A DNA stretch of 47,198 bases from a virus (lineage: Duplodnaviria; Caudoviricetes), in IMG/VR virus record IMGVR_UViG_3300033562_000166, positions 1-47,198 of that record; one strand, written 5' to 3'. A program made the position numbers and the translations under genes. Shown one piece after another: positions 19,141-28,824 of this stretch (within the stretch, counting starts at the first letter, position 1; each line of letters opens with the position of its first letter). The notes beneath the pieces are model-generated. The model did no database searches, was not told the DNA's origin, and saw nothing but the letters and a program-made list of their open reading frames with translations.

Positions 19141-19462
19141 AACAACAATTCCAAATATAACAGAGCACAGAGCAATAAAACTGTTTGATGAAAAATTTGG
19201 GCGCGATATACATACTCGATTCTTGAAGATAGTTGAAGAGTTTAACGAACTTGAAGAGGCTTTTGCAGAGAGTATAAAAACTGGAAGCTATGAACACATG
19301 ATTGATGAGCTCAGTGATTTGCAAGGTACATTGAGCCACTTTGCTGGATTATTCGAATTATATCAGCAAGATTTGCTCTTGATGGTAATTGATAAGGTAA
19401 CAAAACGTGAAACTGATCCTGAATACAAACGCTTTAAAAATATGAAAAATGACAACAATTGA
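19127..19462 (+). CDS. MazG-like NTP pyrophosphohydrolase
   Basis: KIVEEFNELEEA..IDELSDL motif. Confidence 0.72.
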   Translation: MITNKTTIPNITEHRAIKLFDEKFGRDIHTRFLKIVEEFNELEEAFAESIKTGSYEHMIDELSDLQGTLSHFAGLFELYQQDLLLMVIDKVTKRETDPEYKRFKNMKNDNN

Positions 19463-19727
19463 CGAAATACTGAAGTATGCCGAACATATCGGCAAAGAGC
19501 CAGGGGTAGAACAAGAACAGCAAACAATCAATAAGCTGAAGATTGCAATGCGATTTGCAGTTACTAAGGCTCAGGAATGGATAAGTGTTGAAAATGACCC
19601 ACCGCACGGTGAATGGATAAACGTTAAAAATGAAAGTAGCTATGCAACAATGAGGATAGCTGGCGATGTTGACTTAAAGTTTTTGAGGTCAAATTTTACC
19701 CATTGGAGACTAATCGAAATAAAATAA
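19449..19727 (+). CDS. DUF551-like protein
   Basis: WISVENDPP..FTHWRLI pattern. Confidence 0.62.
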   Translation: MTTIDEILKYAEHIGKEPGVEQEQQTINKLKIAMRFAVTKAQEWISVENDPPHGEWINVKNESSYATMRIAGDVDLKFLRSNFTHWRLIEIK

Positions 19728-19756
19728 TAACAATTTAAAACCCCGCAACAAAAAAA

Positions 19757-20137
19757 ATGAAAGCAGTAGAATTCCCCGAAGTAAATGTTCGGATTGCAGA
19801 ACACCAACCACAGTACGAAACACTACCAGTTTATGTCAACACGAATACCGATGAGTGCGAAGTAACAATGTGCTTTGAACTTGACGAATATGAGCGAAAA
19901 CAAGTGACCGAAACAGGCAAGATATGGCTTACAGTATTAACGTTTGGCAATAACTTTCAACCTATAGGGATGTCGTGTTTGAAGCCTGAAGGAATGACAG
20001 ACCCGACATCAAAGGTAATTGACCCTCTCGCAGTTCTAAGAGAGGATGTTTATTCGAACGAAGAAACTAACGAAATGGCAGGAAAAATGATTCGTGAACA
20101 GTATAAAAGTGAGCAAAATGGAAACACCAAAAATTAA
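19757..20137 (+). CDS. Phage hypothetical protein
   Basis: 126 aa; CCGCAAC leader motif. Confidence 0.68.
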   Translation: MKAVEFPEVNVRIAEHQPQYETLPVYVNTNTDECEVTMCFELDEYERKQVTETGKIWLTVLTFGNNFQPIGMSCLKPEGMTDPTSKVIDPLAVLREDVYSNEETNEMAGKMIREQYKSEQNGNTKN

Positions 20138-20630
20138 ACGCTACAGGCTCGGAGTTAGCCGATACTTTCCAGCTACTCACGCACGTGCAGGTCAACCAAC
20201 GGAATTTACTGAAAAAATTGGTAACGCTCTTATTGAAGCAAAATCAGAGTGGTGTAAAATCCACACCATTCGTGGAAACTACGAACTTTGGGCAAAACGC
20301 ATGGCAGAAGTGCAAGCTGGACGTGCTGTAATCGAATTGTTCTATTGGTCAGGGAAACCGTACCATAAAGACAAAAACGGTGTTGGTCAGGTAGTTTTCG
20401 CAAAGCTCGATAAGGATTCAGGGTGTGGGGTGCAGGAAATTGAGTTTAGTGAATTTGGTTCAAATGTTGTGTTTATCTGGTCTGATAGAATCGAAGACCC
20501 AGCAGTGGAAGTTCAACAGACTTTAGCCAGAAACGATGGTCTATCTCACGCAGATTTCAAAGAATGGTTTAAAAAATACGACTTATCAAAGCCAATGGCA
20601 ATAATTCACTTTACTTCATTCAGATACTAG
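20118..20630 (+). CDS. Hypothetical protein, ASCH-like
   Basis: KIHTIRGN, WSGKPY and LARNDGLS..DFKEWF; ATG at 20118 preferred over GTG at 20094. Confidence 0.55.
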   Translation: METPKIKRYRLGVSRYFPATHARAGQPTEFTEKIGNALIEAKSEWCKIHTIRGNYELWAKRMAEVQAGRAVIELFYWSGKPYHKDKNGVGQVVFAKLDKDSGCGVQEIEFSEFGSNVVFIWSDRIEDPAVEVQQTLARNDGLSHADFKEWFKKYDLSKPMAIIHFTSFRY

Positions 20631-20661
20631 CCGCTTTAGGTTATAGGTTTTTCATAAGTTT

Positions 20662-20706
20662 AAGCTATAATGTATTACACTAATACGTTATAGCTTTATT
20701 TTTGTG
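20662..20706 (+). promoter_or_regulatory. Extended operator palindrome plus late promoter TATTTTTGTG
   Basis: AAGCTATAAT-GTATTACACTAATAC-GTTATAGCTT; -7 box at 20697-20704. Confidence 0.7.
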
Positions 20707-20724
20707 CCTACAAATCACTAATTT

Positions 20725-21357
20725 ATGGCAAAAGTAAAAGAAACGAAAATCGACACGCTAATTCCTGACGACCTGAATGCAAACAAGGGTACTGAATATG
20801 GCGGTCATTTAATGGAAAAGTCATTTCGTGAATTCGGGGCTGGAAGATCAATCCTCTTAGATAAGAACGGACGTGTAATAGCTGGGAACAAAAGCTTAGA
20901 CACCGCTTCGGCTATTGGAATGGAAAATGTCATCATCGTTGAAACAACAGGAGAACAACTTGTGGCAGTTAAGCGGATGGATATTGACCTTGATTCTGAA
21001 CGTGGACGCTCACTTGCTTTAGCAGATAACGCAACAAGCAAAGCGAACCTTGCATGGGATGAAGAGGCTATTGAACAGATAACAGCTGAGTGGAACATTA
21101 AACCTGAAGAGTGGGGAATCAAACTGGAAATAGGAGAAAATGACCCAGAGGCAGAATGGCAAGGAATGCCCGAATTCAGCGGTGAGGACAAAATGGGAGT
21201 CAAAGAGCTGAAAGTGCATTTTAAAACCATGGATGACTTTTTTCTTTTTGCGATTGCAGTAGGTCAAAAGCTGACCGAAAAAACAAAATCAATATGGTAT
21301 CCTGAAGAGGTTGCAGGGTCACAAACAGACCACATTTACGAAGCTGACAAAGGCTGA
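20725..21357 (+). CDS. ParB/Srx-like domain protein
   Basis: LIPDDLNAN..S.REFGAGRSILLDKNGRVIAGN..LALADN; usual position upstream of terminase genes. Confidence 0.72.
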   Translation: MAKVKETKIDTLIPDDLNANKGTEYGGHLMEKSFREFGAGRSILLDKNGRVIAGNKSLDTASAIGMENVIIVETTGEQLVAVKRMDIDLDSERGRSLALADNATSKANLAWDEEAIEQITAEWNIKPEEWGIKLEIGENDPEAEWQGMPEFSGEDKMGVKELKVHFKTMDDFFLFAIAVGQKLTEKTKSIWYPEEVAGSQTDHIYEADKG

Positions 21358-21361
21358 AGAA

Positions 21362-21934
21362 ATGGAAAACAACATTTTTCGTTTTAGTCGTTTCAACAAA
21401 AACAATTATTACGAAGTCCGCGATCCTGTTTTCTTTCGAATCATGGAAGACTTTTGCGAACGATACGAAAATGTCGCAATGGCCGGACCTAATTACGAAA
21501 TGTTTGTAACTCGAAAAGAAAAGCATCCGCCAATGGTGCTGAACACACGGATATACAGCTGTAATTTAATCAGAAACGATGTTCCTTTTCGGTGGCGTGG
21601 TAGGTACAATGAAGATACAATTCTTTCTCTTGATATGCTTGTAGCTGGTTGGTGCACGATTCAGTTAAATGCTTTCCTGCAATTCAAAGCTACAACACAA
21701 ACGGTGAAAGGTGGAAACAATAGCGACTTTTACGCTAAAGAGGGTACAATGCCAAAGTCAAAGATGTTGGTCAAAGCTTATCCAATGTACAGCCGTTTAG
21801 TGTGGAAATTTGGAAGGGCGCACCACCATGTGGATTACAAGCCATTCAAGACAAATAAGCTTCGCAAACGTAAAGGAATTGAGATAATAAACGACCCAAA
21901 TTATTACGGAATGAAATTGAAAAAGATTAAATAA
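21362..21934 (+). CDS. GREB1/TAGT-like glycosyltransferase, probably N-terminally truncated
   Basis: RIYSCNLI..WRGRYNEDTILSL..TQTVKGGN..HHHVDY recalled from this family; the N-terminal GT-A part appears absent. Confidence 0.55.
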   Translation: MENNIFRFSRFNKNNYYEVRDPVFFRIMEDFCERYENVAMAGPNYEMFVTRKEKHPPMVLNTRIYSCNLIRNDVPFRWRGRYNEDTILSLDMLVAGWCTIQLNAFLQFKATTQTVKGGNNSDFYAKEGTMPKSKMLVKAYPMYSRLVWKFGRAHHHVDYKPFKTNKLRKRKGIEIINDPNYYGMKLKKIK

Positions 21935-21957
21935 TACATAAAACCGCAACAAAATAT

Positions 21958-22461
21958 ATGGCAAGTTATAACAAGAAAAAGCGACCAAATAGAACTATAG
22001 ACTATTCAATATTGACAAATGACGATTTTAAATCGGAAAAAGAACTTGTTGAGCACATTGTTAGTAATATAGAATACTTCTGTGAGCACGCTTTAGGGTG
22101 TGATTATGATAGGCATATCCTTGAATTTGCTTTTGAAAAGATGGAAGGGCTTTATGATAATGGATTAAGAGTTGACATTGTTGTTATTGACAAAAATGGA
22201 AAACATTACTTCATTGAGACTAAGCGACCAAGAAAGACTACTGACGCCTATCGCGATAATATGACTGCTATTGGTCAATGCCTTTCGTATCATTATTTAG
22301 CGCGCGTTTATGGGTATGACTACGAGGGAGTTTATTTGGTAACTTCTTGTCACAGTAATTTGGTTCCATTAGTTATAAGAGATAATGAATTGCCAATTAC
22401 ATACCTATATGTTGATAAAAAATCAATTGCAGAAGCATTAACAATTAGAGTATCTGAATAA
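21958..22461 (+). CDS. PD-(D/E)XK-family nuclease
   Basis: E..RVDIVVID..FIETKR..AIGQCLSY motif. Confidence 0.65.
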   Translation: MASYNKKKRPNRTIDYSILTNDDFKSEKELVEHIVSNIEYFCEHALGCDYDRHILEFAFEKMEGLYDNGLRVDIVVIDKNGKHYFIETKRPRKTTDAYRDNMTAIGQCLSYHYLARVYGYDYEGVYLVTSCHSNLVPLVIRDNELPITYLYVDKKSIAEALTIRVSE

Positions 22462-22462
22462 T

Positions 22463-22954
22463 ATGGCAAAATACAACAAAAAGATAGTCAAGCGTATAAC
22501 CGACCTTATTAAAAAGGATAGTTATACAATTGCTGAAATATGCTCATTATCAGGCATTTCTGAAAGCACTTATTATGAGTGGCAGGCAAGTCATTCGGAG
22601 TTTTCGGAGAATATTCAAAAGGCTCGACAAGAATTTGATGAGATTTTAGTAAAAGAAGCCAAAAAATCACTTCGAAAGCTTATAACAGGATATGATGTCG
22701 AAGAGAAAAAGACAGTATTCACAGAGGGCAAAGATGGAAAGCCAAAAGTTAAAGAACAGGTGACTACAAAGAAGCATTTTCAGCCTAACGTTGCGGCTAC
22801 CATATTCGCACTTACTAATAAGGCAAGCGACGAATATAAAAACCGCCAAAACACCGAGCTCACTGGCAAGGATGGCAAGGACTTAATCAACTCGAAGTCT
22901 GACGAAGAGCTCGACGCTCGTATTGCCGAACTCGAAGCGAAGCTCAAAGGGTAA
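22463..22954 (+). CDS. terS: Terminase small subunit
   Basis: N-terminal HTH (ICSLSGISESTYYEW), PNVAATIFALTN, TELTGKDGKDL tail. Confidence 0.75.
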   Translation: MAKYNKKIVKRITDLIKKDSYTIAEICSLSGISESTYYEWQASHSEFSENIQKARQEFDEILVKEAKKSLRKLITGYDVEEKKTVFTEGKDGKPKVKEQVTTKKHFQPNVAATIFALTNKASDEYKNRQNTELTGKDGKDLINSKSDEELDARIAELEAKLKG

Positions 22955-22981
22955 AATAATCATTTTAAAAACATACGCAAA

Positions 22982-25156
22982 ATGAAAAAAAGAATTGGAA
23001 ACGACTTTTCAGTCTATTGGATATTAAAAGAAAACGATGTGACGCTAGATGTGTCAACGGTCGTTGATTTTCGTATTAAAATAGTTCACGATTTCTCATT
23101 GTCGGAACACGCACCAGACTTCGAGATAGTGAATGGTTCGGCACTTGTTAAGTGCGAAAAAGAGCAACTCACTAAGATGGGCAGTTATAGTCTGATTGCA
23201 ACATGGAGGGTCGAAGACGCTTCATTTGTGGGTGGTTATCGTGATTGTGCAGCCGACGTGTCTAAGTTCGAAATAGTAGCACGCACAGCCCAAGAAGATG
23301 ATGATAATACGGTTACAAGTGAGGTTGCCATAGGATTCAAGGGCAAGCAAGGGTTTAGTGCTTATGAAGTTTGGTTGGAAGCTGGGAATGTGGGCACGGT
23401 CGAAGATTACATTGCAGCAATTAAAGGTGAGCAAGGGGCTGATTTTACCTACGAAGATTTCACACCTGAACAAATCTCCAACTTACAGCAACCAGCAATT
23501 GATGCTGCTGAAATAGCCACACAGGCAGCCGAAGCCGCTACTACAGCGCAAGGAAATGCCAACGCAGCAGCCGAAGCCGCCAACACAGCCGCTGGAGCTG
23601 TTGCAACTGTTATAGATGCTGCCGAACAGGTAATTGACGAAGCCGAACAGGCCACGGTGAACGCAAATAATTCAGCCGTGCAGTTGGTTGATGGAGCGGA
23701 AACGAACTACAACACGCTTAAAAAGTTACAAGACAAGCTCAAGACTGTAGAGGCGATAATTGGCGAGGCAGCAGATGATGATGCGCTTGTAGACACAGTT
23801 CGTGAGCTTTTGGCTGTATTCAGCTCGTTTCCCGAAGGTGCGGACATTGCTACGATGCTAACCGCAAAGGTTAATATTTCGGACATATATAACGCCCTTG
23901 ACTGCATTATAGCAGGTAAAGCCCTCGATGCTCGACAGGGTAAGATATTGGCCGATGTGATAGCTTCCAAAGAACCTGCTATAGCCAAATCCACAGGCGT
24001 ACTTTCTTGGACTGGCACGGCTTGGGCGTGGTTGACGGATGTGGTGCGTACAAGTGTGGCGAATACATTTACAGCGGTGCAGAGTTTTACGGCTGGACTA
24101 AAAGCCGATATAATCATACCTCGAGACGACTTTATTGGAGTTGCTGTAAGAAATGCAGCAAACTCCTCCGATGTTTTTAAAGTCGACACATTTAATAATA
24201 AGGTTGATTTTCCAAAGGCTAGATTCACGCAGAATCATAATAAAACAACTCAGCCTGAACTTTATTTGAATAACGGCAACTTATTTTTTAAAGATAGGCA
24301 AATCAATACCTATGTAGAGAGAACAATACCGAATGTGTCGTCTGCTGTAGTTGATTATGGTAAATGTTATGAAATAGGTACTTTTGGATTTAATTCATTA
24401 CAGGGTGTTTTTAAAGTAGACGTAATTCTAGACGGAGGTGCTTGCGGTCAATCATCTACAACATTCTTAAATACTACTTATGCTCTTGATTATTTGTCAT
24501 TTTACAAAACAACAATAACTCAGAGAGACAATATTTGGATTAATTTACAAAGTATTATAGAATCACCACGACACGCATTTAATAATACAAATGCGTGGAT
24601 AATCCAGGCTAAAATAGTGGGTAACTCTATTTCATTTAGACTAAAAATAAATGAGGGAAACGGCTACCAAGCCTTTGGAGCTACTGCTAGAATCAAAATT
24701 TATCATTCAGATGATTTTACAAACGGAAGTTACACAGAACAGACAGGAATCACAGTAGACAATACGGCTTACCAAACAATACCAAGTATTCTCTCTTCGA
24801 TAAGTGGGGTTTCTCTTATTCAGAACAACTTAGAGCTTGTTGGTTATCTCGAATTAAATGGCTGGATATATCTAAACAAGAATGTACACACTGGTGATAT
24901 GGTTGGCGATAGGCGTTATAAAGTCGTAAACAATGTAATTCAAACCCAAGCTTGCAGTGTATCAAATACAACAAGAGGTGGGGGTACTTGGGTTACGGTA
25001 GGCGTACAGCTAAGCGATAATATGGCAACTGCAAGCGAATTTTTTGAAGGGTGTAAACGCTACAGAAAGGATTCTAACAATAGTTATGAAGAAACTTGTA
25101 TGCAGACTGGAGCATCAACTTACGCTTGGGTAATAGTCAAACAAATAACTTGGTAA
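22982..25156 (+). CDS. Fibre-like virion protein
   Basis: GFSAYEVW..KGEQGADFTYEDFTPEQ, Ala-rich coiled coil, ALDARQGKIL fibre motif, beta-rich C-terminus. Confidence 0.62.
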   Translation: MKKRIGNDFSVYWILKENDVTLDVSTVVDFRIKIVHDFSLSEHAPDFEIVNGSALVKCEKEQLTKMGSYSLIATWRVEDASFVGGYRDCAADVSKFEIVARTAQEDDDNTVTSEVAIGFKGKQGFSAYEVWLEAGNVGTVEDYIAAIKGEQGADFTYEDFTPEQISNLQQPAIDAAEIATQAAEAATTAQGNANAAAEAANTAAGAVATVIDAAEQVIDEAEQATVNANNSAVQLVDGAETNYNTLKKLQDKLKTVEAIIGEAADDDALVDTVRELLAVFSSFPEGADIATMLTAKVNISDIYNALDCIIAGKALDARQGKILADVIASKEPAIAKSTGVLSWTGTAWAWLTDVVRTSVANTFTAVQSFTAGLKADIIIPRDDFIGVAVRNAANSSDVFKVDTFNNKVDFPKARFTQNHNKTTQPELYLNNGNLFFKDRQINTYVERTIPNVSSAVVDYGKCYEIGTFGFNSLQGVFKVDVILDGGACGQSSTTFLNTTYALDYLSFYKTTITQRDNIWINLQSIIESPRHAFNNTNAWIIQAKIVGNSISFRLKINEGNGYQAFGATARIKIYHSDDFTNGSYTEQTGITVDNTAYQTIPSILSSISGVSLIQNNLELVGYLELNGWIYLNKNVHTGDMVGDRRYKVVNNVIQTQACSVSNTTRGGGTWVTVGVQLSDNMATASEFFEGCKRYRKDSNNSYEETCMQTGASTYAWVIVKQITW

Positions 25157-25167
25157 ATAAATAAAAT

Positions 25168-25398
25168 ATGAAAGCAAAAAAAGAAATTAGAGAGGAACGT
25201 ATAGACGTAGTCTCTTTTTGGGTAAACAAAAAAGTACTTGGAGCTAATGATGAAATAGAAGTAATCGAAGAGAAAGTAGACGAATGTACTATAATGGAGT
25301 TAAATAAACGTATCGAAGCGCATCAACTTGCGATAGCTGATTTGGGGGCTAAAATATCTGATGAACAAAATAAAATAATGTTAGCAAATGCATTATGA
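25168..25398 (+). CDS. Small coiled-coil protein (possible fibre chaperone)
   Basis: 76 aa directly after the fibre gene. Confidence 0.55.
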   Translation: MKAKKEIREERIDVVSFWVNKKVLGANDEIEVIEEKVDECTIMELNKRIEAHQLAIADLGAKISDEQNKIMLANAL

Positions 25399-25631
25399 AA
25401 ATCTTAGAGAAAATCAGACAATGGAAGCTTAAAACATTCCCCGACTGGCAATGGGACATTTTAGTTGGTGGTGGTTTGGCATTAGTGACACTATTAATAC
25501 AGGTCGATTGGCTTGTATTGGTGCTGCCTGCTGCTGTAACTATCATTAATCAATTTTACAATAGGCTGTTTGAGCCGAAAGATTTTGGGTTGAGAATGGT
25601 TGTACCAGTGGTTGTTTATTTTATTATATAA
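25395..25631 (+). CDS. Small membrane protein
   Basis: 78 aa with 2-3 hydrophobic segments; overlaps the upstream stop. Confidence 0.6.
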   Translation: MKILEKIRQWKLKTFPDWQWDILVGGGLALVTLLIQVDWLVLVLPAAVTIINQFYNRLFEPKDFGLRMVVPVVVYFII

Positions 25632-25633
25632 TC

Positions 25634-27094
25634 ATGACAAAGGCAGATAAAATAGAGTACATGGCATTGCTGCAAGAAAGGTTGGTTCGTGAAAGTCGAA
25701 CCAGCCTTTTGCAGTTTACTAAAAGCACGATGCCAACTTTTGAGCCTGCCGATTTTCATAAAAGGTACTACAACAAGCTGAATGAATTTGCCGACGGCAA
25801 GATTAAAAAGCTGATGGTGTTCATGCCGCCGCAACATGGTAAATCCGAGGGTTCAACAAGGCGCTTACCAGCATTTTTGCTCGGGAAAGACCCCAACAGG
25901 CGTGTTGCCGTAGTAAGCTATTCCGCTTCAAAGGCTCGCAAGTTCAACAGAGAGATACAGCGTGTTATTGACAGCGAAGAATATCACGACATTTACCCGA
26001 ATACAACGCTTTCAAGGTCAGATTACGCAACCGATACAGGCTACATTCGTACTTCGGATGAATTTGAGATAGTAGGACACAACGGAAGCTTAAAGAGTGT
26101 CGGTGTTGGTGGTCCACTTACAGGCGACCCTGTTGATACTTTGATTATGGATGACTTGTACAAGGATGCTAAAACGGCATGGTCACCAACGGTCAGGGAA
26201 TCGGTTCAGGATTGGTACGACACAGTTGCGGAAACACGCCTGCACAACAACTCTCAACAGCTCATAGTATTTACACGTTGGCATGAAGCCGACCTTGCAG
26301 GTAAGCTGTTAGAACAACAGGGCGTTTATCATCCTGAAACAAATCCGACAGGGTGGGTAGTTGTCGTTTATCAAGCGATAAAGATGGGCTCTCCAACGGA
26401 ATACGACCCACGACAAGAGGGCGAACCCCTTTGGCCTGAAAGACATAACCTTGAAAAGCTCGAAGCGATAAGGTTGAGAAATAACCACGTGTTTCAATCT
26501 CTTTATCAGCAAGACCCACGCCCTGCTGAAGGGCTTATGTACGAAAGCGGCTTTAGGGAATACGACATTATTCCATATAGCAAAAAAATGATAAAAAAGA
26601 ACTACACTGATACAGCCGACGAGGGGAAAGACTACCTTTGTAGTATCTGTTACACAGAAACGGAAACAGCAAACTATGTAACCGATATTCTCTATACTCA
26701 GAAGCCAATGGAGTTCACAGAACCGAAGACAGCCGAAATGCTTTCAAGGCAGGGAACTGAAAGTGCTGTAATCGAATCAAACAACGGTGGGCGTGGGTTC
26801 GCAAGAGCTGTGGAAAGTCAGTGCCGTATAATGGGAAACAACAAAACTAAGTTCAAGTGGTTTCATCAAGGCGAAAATAAAAATGTTCGCATATTCTCGA
26901 ACTCGGCAGCGGTTCAGAATATTACCTACTTCCCGAGGGGTTGGGAAAGGATGTGGCCTGAGTTCTACAACGCTATTACAAGCTACATGAAGACAGGAAA
27001 GAACGACCACGACGACGCCCCCGACACACTCACAGGAACTGTAGAGCAAAGAGGCAAAGGTAACGGACAAAAGGACATTGCAGGCTATTTTTAA
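25634..27094 (+). CDS. terL: Terminase large subunit
   Basis: Walker A MPPQHGKS, Walker B LIMDD, TRWHEADL, nuclease motifs DTAD..DY and HDDAPD. Confidence 0.95.
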   Translation: MTKADKIEYMALLQERLVRESRTSLLQFTKSTMPTFEPADFHKRYYNKLNEFADGKIKKLMVFMPPQHGKSEGSTRRLPAFLLGKDPNRRVAVVSYSASKARKFNREIQRVIDSEEYHDIYPNTTLSRSDYATDTGYIRTSDEFEIVGHNGSLKSVGVGGPLTGDPVDTLIMDDLYKDAKTAWSPTVRESVQDWYDTVAETRLHNNSQQLIVFTRWHEADLAGKLLEQQGVYHPETNPTGWVVVVYQAIKMGSPTEYDPRQEGEPLWPERHNLEKLEAIRLRNNHVFQSLYQQDPRPAEGLMYESGFREYDIIPYSKKMIKKNYTDTADEGKDYLCSICYTETETANYVTDILYTQKPMEFTEPKTAEMLSRQGTESAVIESNNGGRGFARAVESQCRIMGNNKTKFKWFHQGENKNVRIFSNSAAVQNITYFPRGWERMWPEFYNAITSYMKTGKNDHDDAPDTLTGTVEQRGKGNGQKDIAGYF

Positions 27095-27106
27095 TTAAAT
27101 AATAAC

Positions 27107-27121
27107 GTATCAGAGTGATAC
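27107..27121. promoter_or_regulatory. Operator GTATCAGAGTGATAC
   Basis: Identical to copies at 7561 and 36320; lies between terL and portal. Confidence 0.7.
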
Positions 27122-27139
27122 AAAAACAAAATAACGTAT

Positions 27140-28609
27140 ATGAAAATCGAAGATTTATTCAAGGTACAAGACGGCGAAGTGATTGACAACGTAAAAGTAA
27201 TCGAAGAGCTGAAATCGAAACGCTACATAGCAACACCCGAAACTGAAGAGGCAGGGAAACAGCTCGATCCGTTGAAGCATGATGTGATGAACACAGGGAT
27301 TCGCCCCGACAAGTGGGTGAAGGTCGATCCTTCCGACCCAAACCACGCTGAAACCATTAACGTGACTGAGGGCATTACCGACACCGCTAATTTGCGCCGT
27401 GAAAAGGTTGCTCGTGTTGCACTAGCAATTCAAAAGCTAATTGTTAAACGTGCTGTTAGTTTCATTTTTGGCAATCCAGTGACGTTAAGTGCTGACGCTG
27501 AAAACGACAAGCAAAAAGAGGTATTGAAGGCATTGAAGCGCGTAATGTACGACGTAAAGGAAAAGTCTGTTAACCGCAAAGTGGCGCGTAATCTATTCAG
27601 CTGCACTGAGGTGGCCGAACTGTGGTACCCAGTAGAAAAGAAAAACAACGCTTACGGATTTGATAGCAAGTTCAAGCTTCGTTGCGCTGTATTCTCGCCA
27701 CTTAACGGCGATGCCTTATATCCGTACTTCGACGAATCGGGCGACATGATTGCTTTCTCTCGTGAATTCACGCTTACCGAAGGTAATAAAACTAAGACAT
27801 TCTTTGAAACCTACACTGACCAGCAAACATACATGTGGCAGCAAGCAACAAACGGTTTTGAGGTTGTTGAAGGCTATCCAAAGGAAAATATAATCGGCAA
27901 AATACCTGTTGTGTTCGGCAATCAAGAGCAGGTTGAGTGGGCGGATGTTCAGAACCTTATCGACCGACTTGAAAAGCTACTTTCCAACTTTGCTGACACT
28001 AACGATTATCACGCAAGCCCCAAAATAGTTGTCAAAGGCGAACTGACAGGGTTTGCAAAAAAAGGCGAAGCAGGGGCAATTTTACAGCTCGATGGTGATG
28101 ATGCGTCGGCTCAATATCTTTCGTGGCAGGATGCACCCGAGGCCGTCAAGCTAGAGATTGAAACGCTATTGAGAATGATTTACACAGTAACTCAAACACC
28201 TGACATTGCTTTTGATGCTGTTAAGGGTATTGGTGCTGTTTCAGGAATTGCTTTGAAATTACTCTTCATGGATGCACACTTGAAGGTTGCCGATCATCAA
28301 GAAGTTTTCGATGAGTACTTGCAACGCCGCTTGAATATCGTTAAGGCGTTCATTGGGAAATTCAATACTAAGCTAGCAGACGAAGCCGAAAACCTTATGG
28401 TTGAGCCTATAATAACTCCTTACATGATTATAGACGAGGCTGCTGAAGTGAAGATTTGGGCGGATGCTTGCGGTGGTGCTGTAATATCGCAAAAGGGTGC
28501 GTTCCAAAAGGCTGGATTGACCAAAGACCCCGACGCTGACTTTGAGCAGTACAAAGAAGAGCAGTCGGCTGCTAACGCATTTACTATTGGCGAACCAACT
28601 AACGTGTAA
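27140..28609 (+). CDS. Portal protein, SPP1 gp6-like
   Basis: Follows terL; FIFGNPV, GKIPVV, TPDI.FD and SGIALK motifs. Confidence 0.9.
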   Translation: MKIEDLFKVQDGEVIDNVKVIEELKSKRYIATPETEEAGKQLDPLKHDVMNTGIRPDKWVKVDPSDPNHAETINVTEGITDTANLRREKVARVALAIQKLIVKRAVSFIFGNPVTLSADAENDKQKEVLKALKRVMYDVKEKSVNRKVARNLFSCTEVAELWYPVEKKNNAYGFDSKFKLRCAVFSPLNGDALYPYFDESGDMIAFSREFTLTEGNKTKTFFETYTDQQTYMWQQATNGFEVVEGYPKENIIGKIPVVFGNQEQVEWADVQNLIDRLEKLLSNFADTNDYHASPKIVVKGELTGFAKKGEAGAILQLDGDDASAQYLSWQDAPEAVKLEIETLLRMIYTVTQTPDIAFDAVKGIGAVSGIALKLLFMDAHLKVADHQEVFDEYLQRRLNIVKAFIGKFNTKLADEAENLMVEPIITPYMIIDEAAEVKIWADACGGAVISQKGAFQKAGLTKDPDADFEQYKEEQSAANAFTIGEPTNV

Positions 28610-28824
28610 TGGCTAAACAACTAACAGTGCAGTCGACAATTCCAGAGGTGACATGTGTTGACTGCACTTTCATAGAGCCGTACAAGGATTTCAAAGGACA
28701 CGGCTTTTGCGCTCACAGAGCCGTTAAAATGATTCAGATAATAGACAGCATCAAGCAGTGCATTTGGAAAGAACATGGCAATCAGGAAAAACAAAAAACA
28801 AGTAATATCACTACAGGGCTTTGA
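28609..28824 (+). CDS. Small Cys-rich hypothetical protein
   Basis: CxxC..C..C pattern; coupled to the portal stop. Confidence 0.55.
   Translation: MAKQLTVQSTIPEVTCVDCTFIEPYKDFKGHGFCAHRAVKMIQIIDSIKQCIWKEHGNQEKQKTSNITTGL

Noticed and set aside
22982-25156. Diversity-generating retroelement target
   Set aside because: No reverse transcriptase ORF and no template/variable repeat pair differing at adenines was seen; the only long repeat is identical and non-coding
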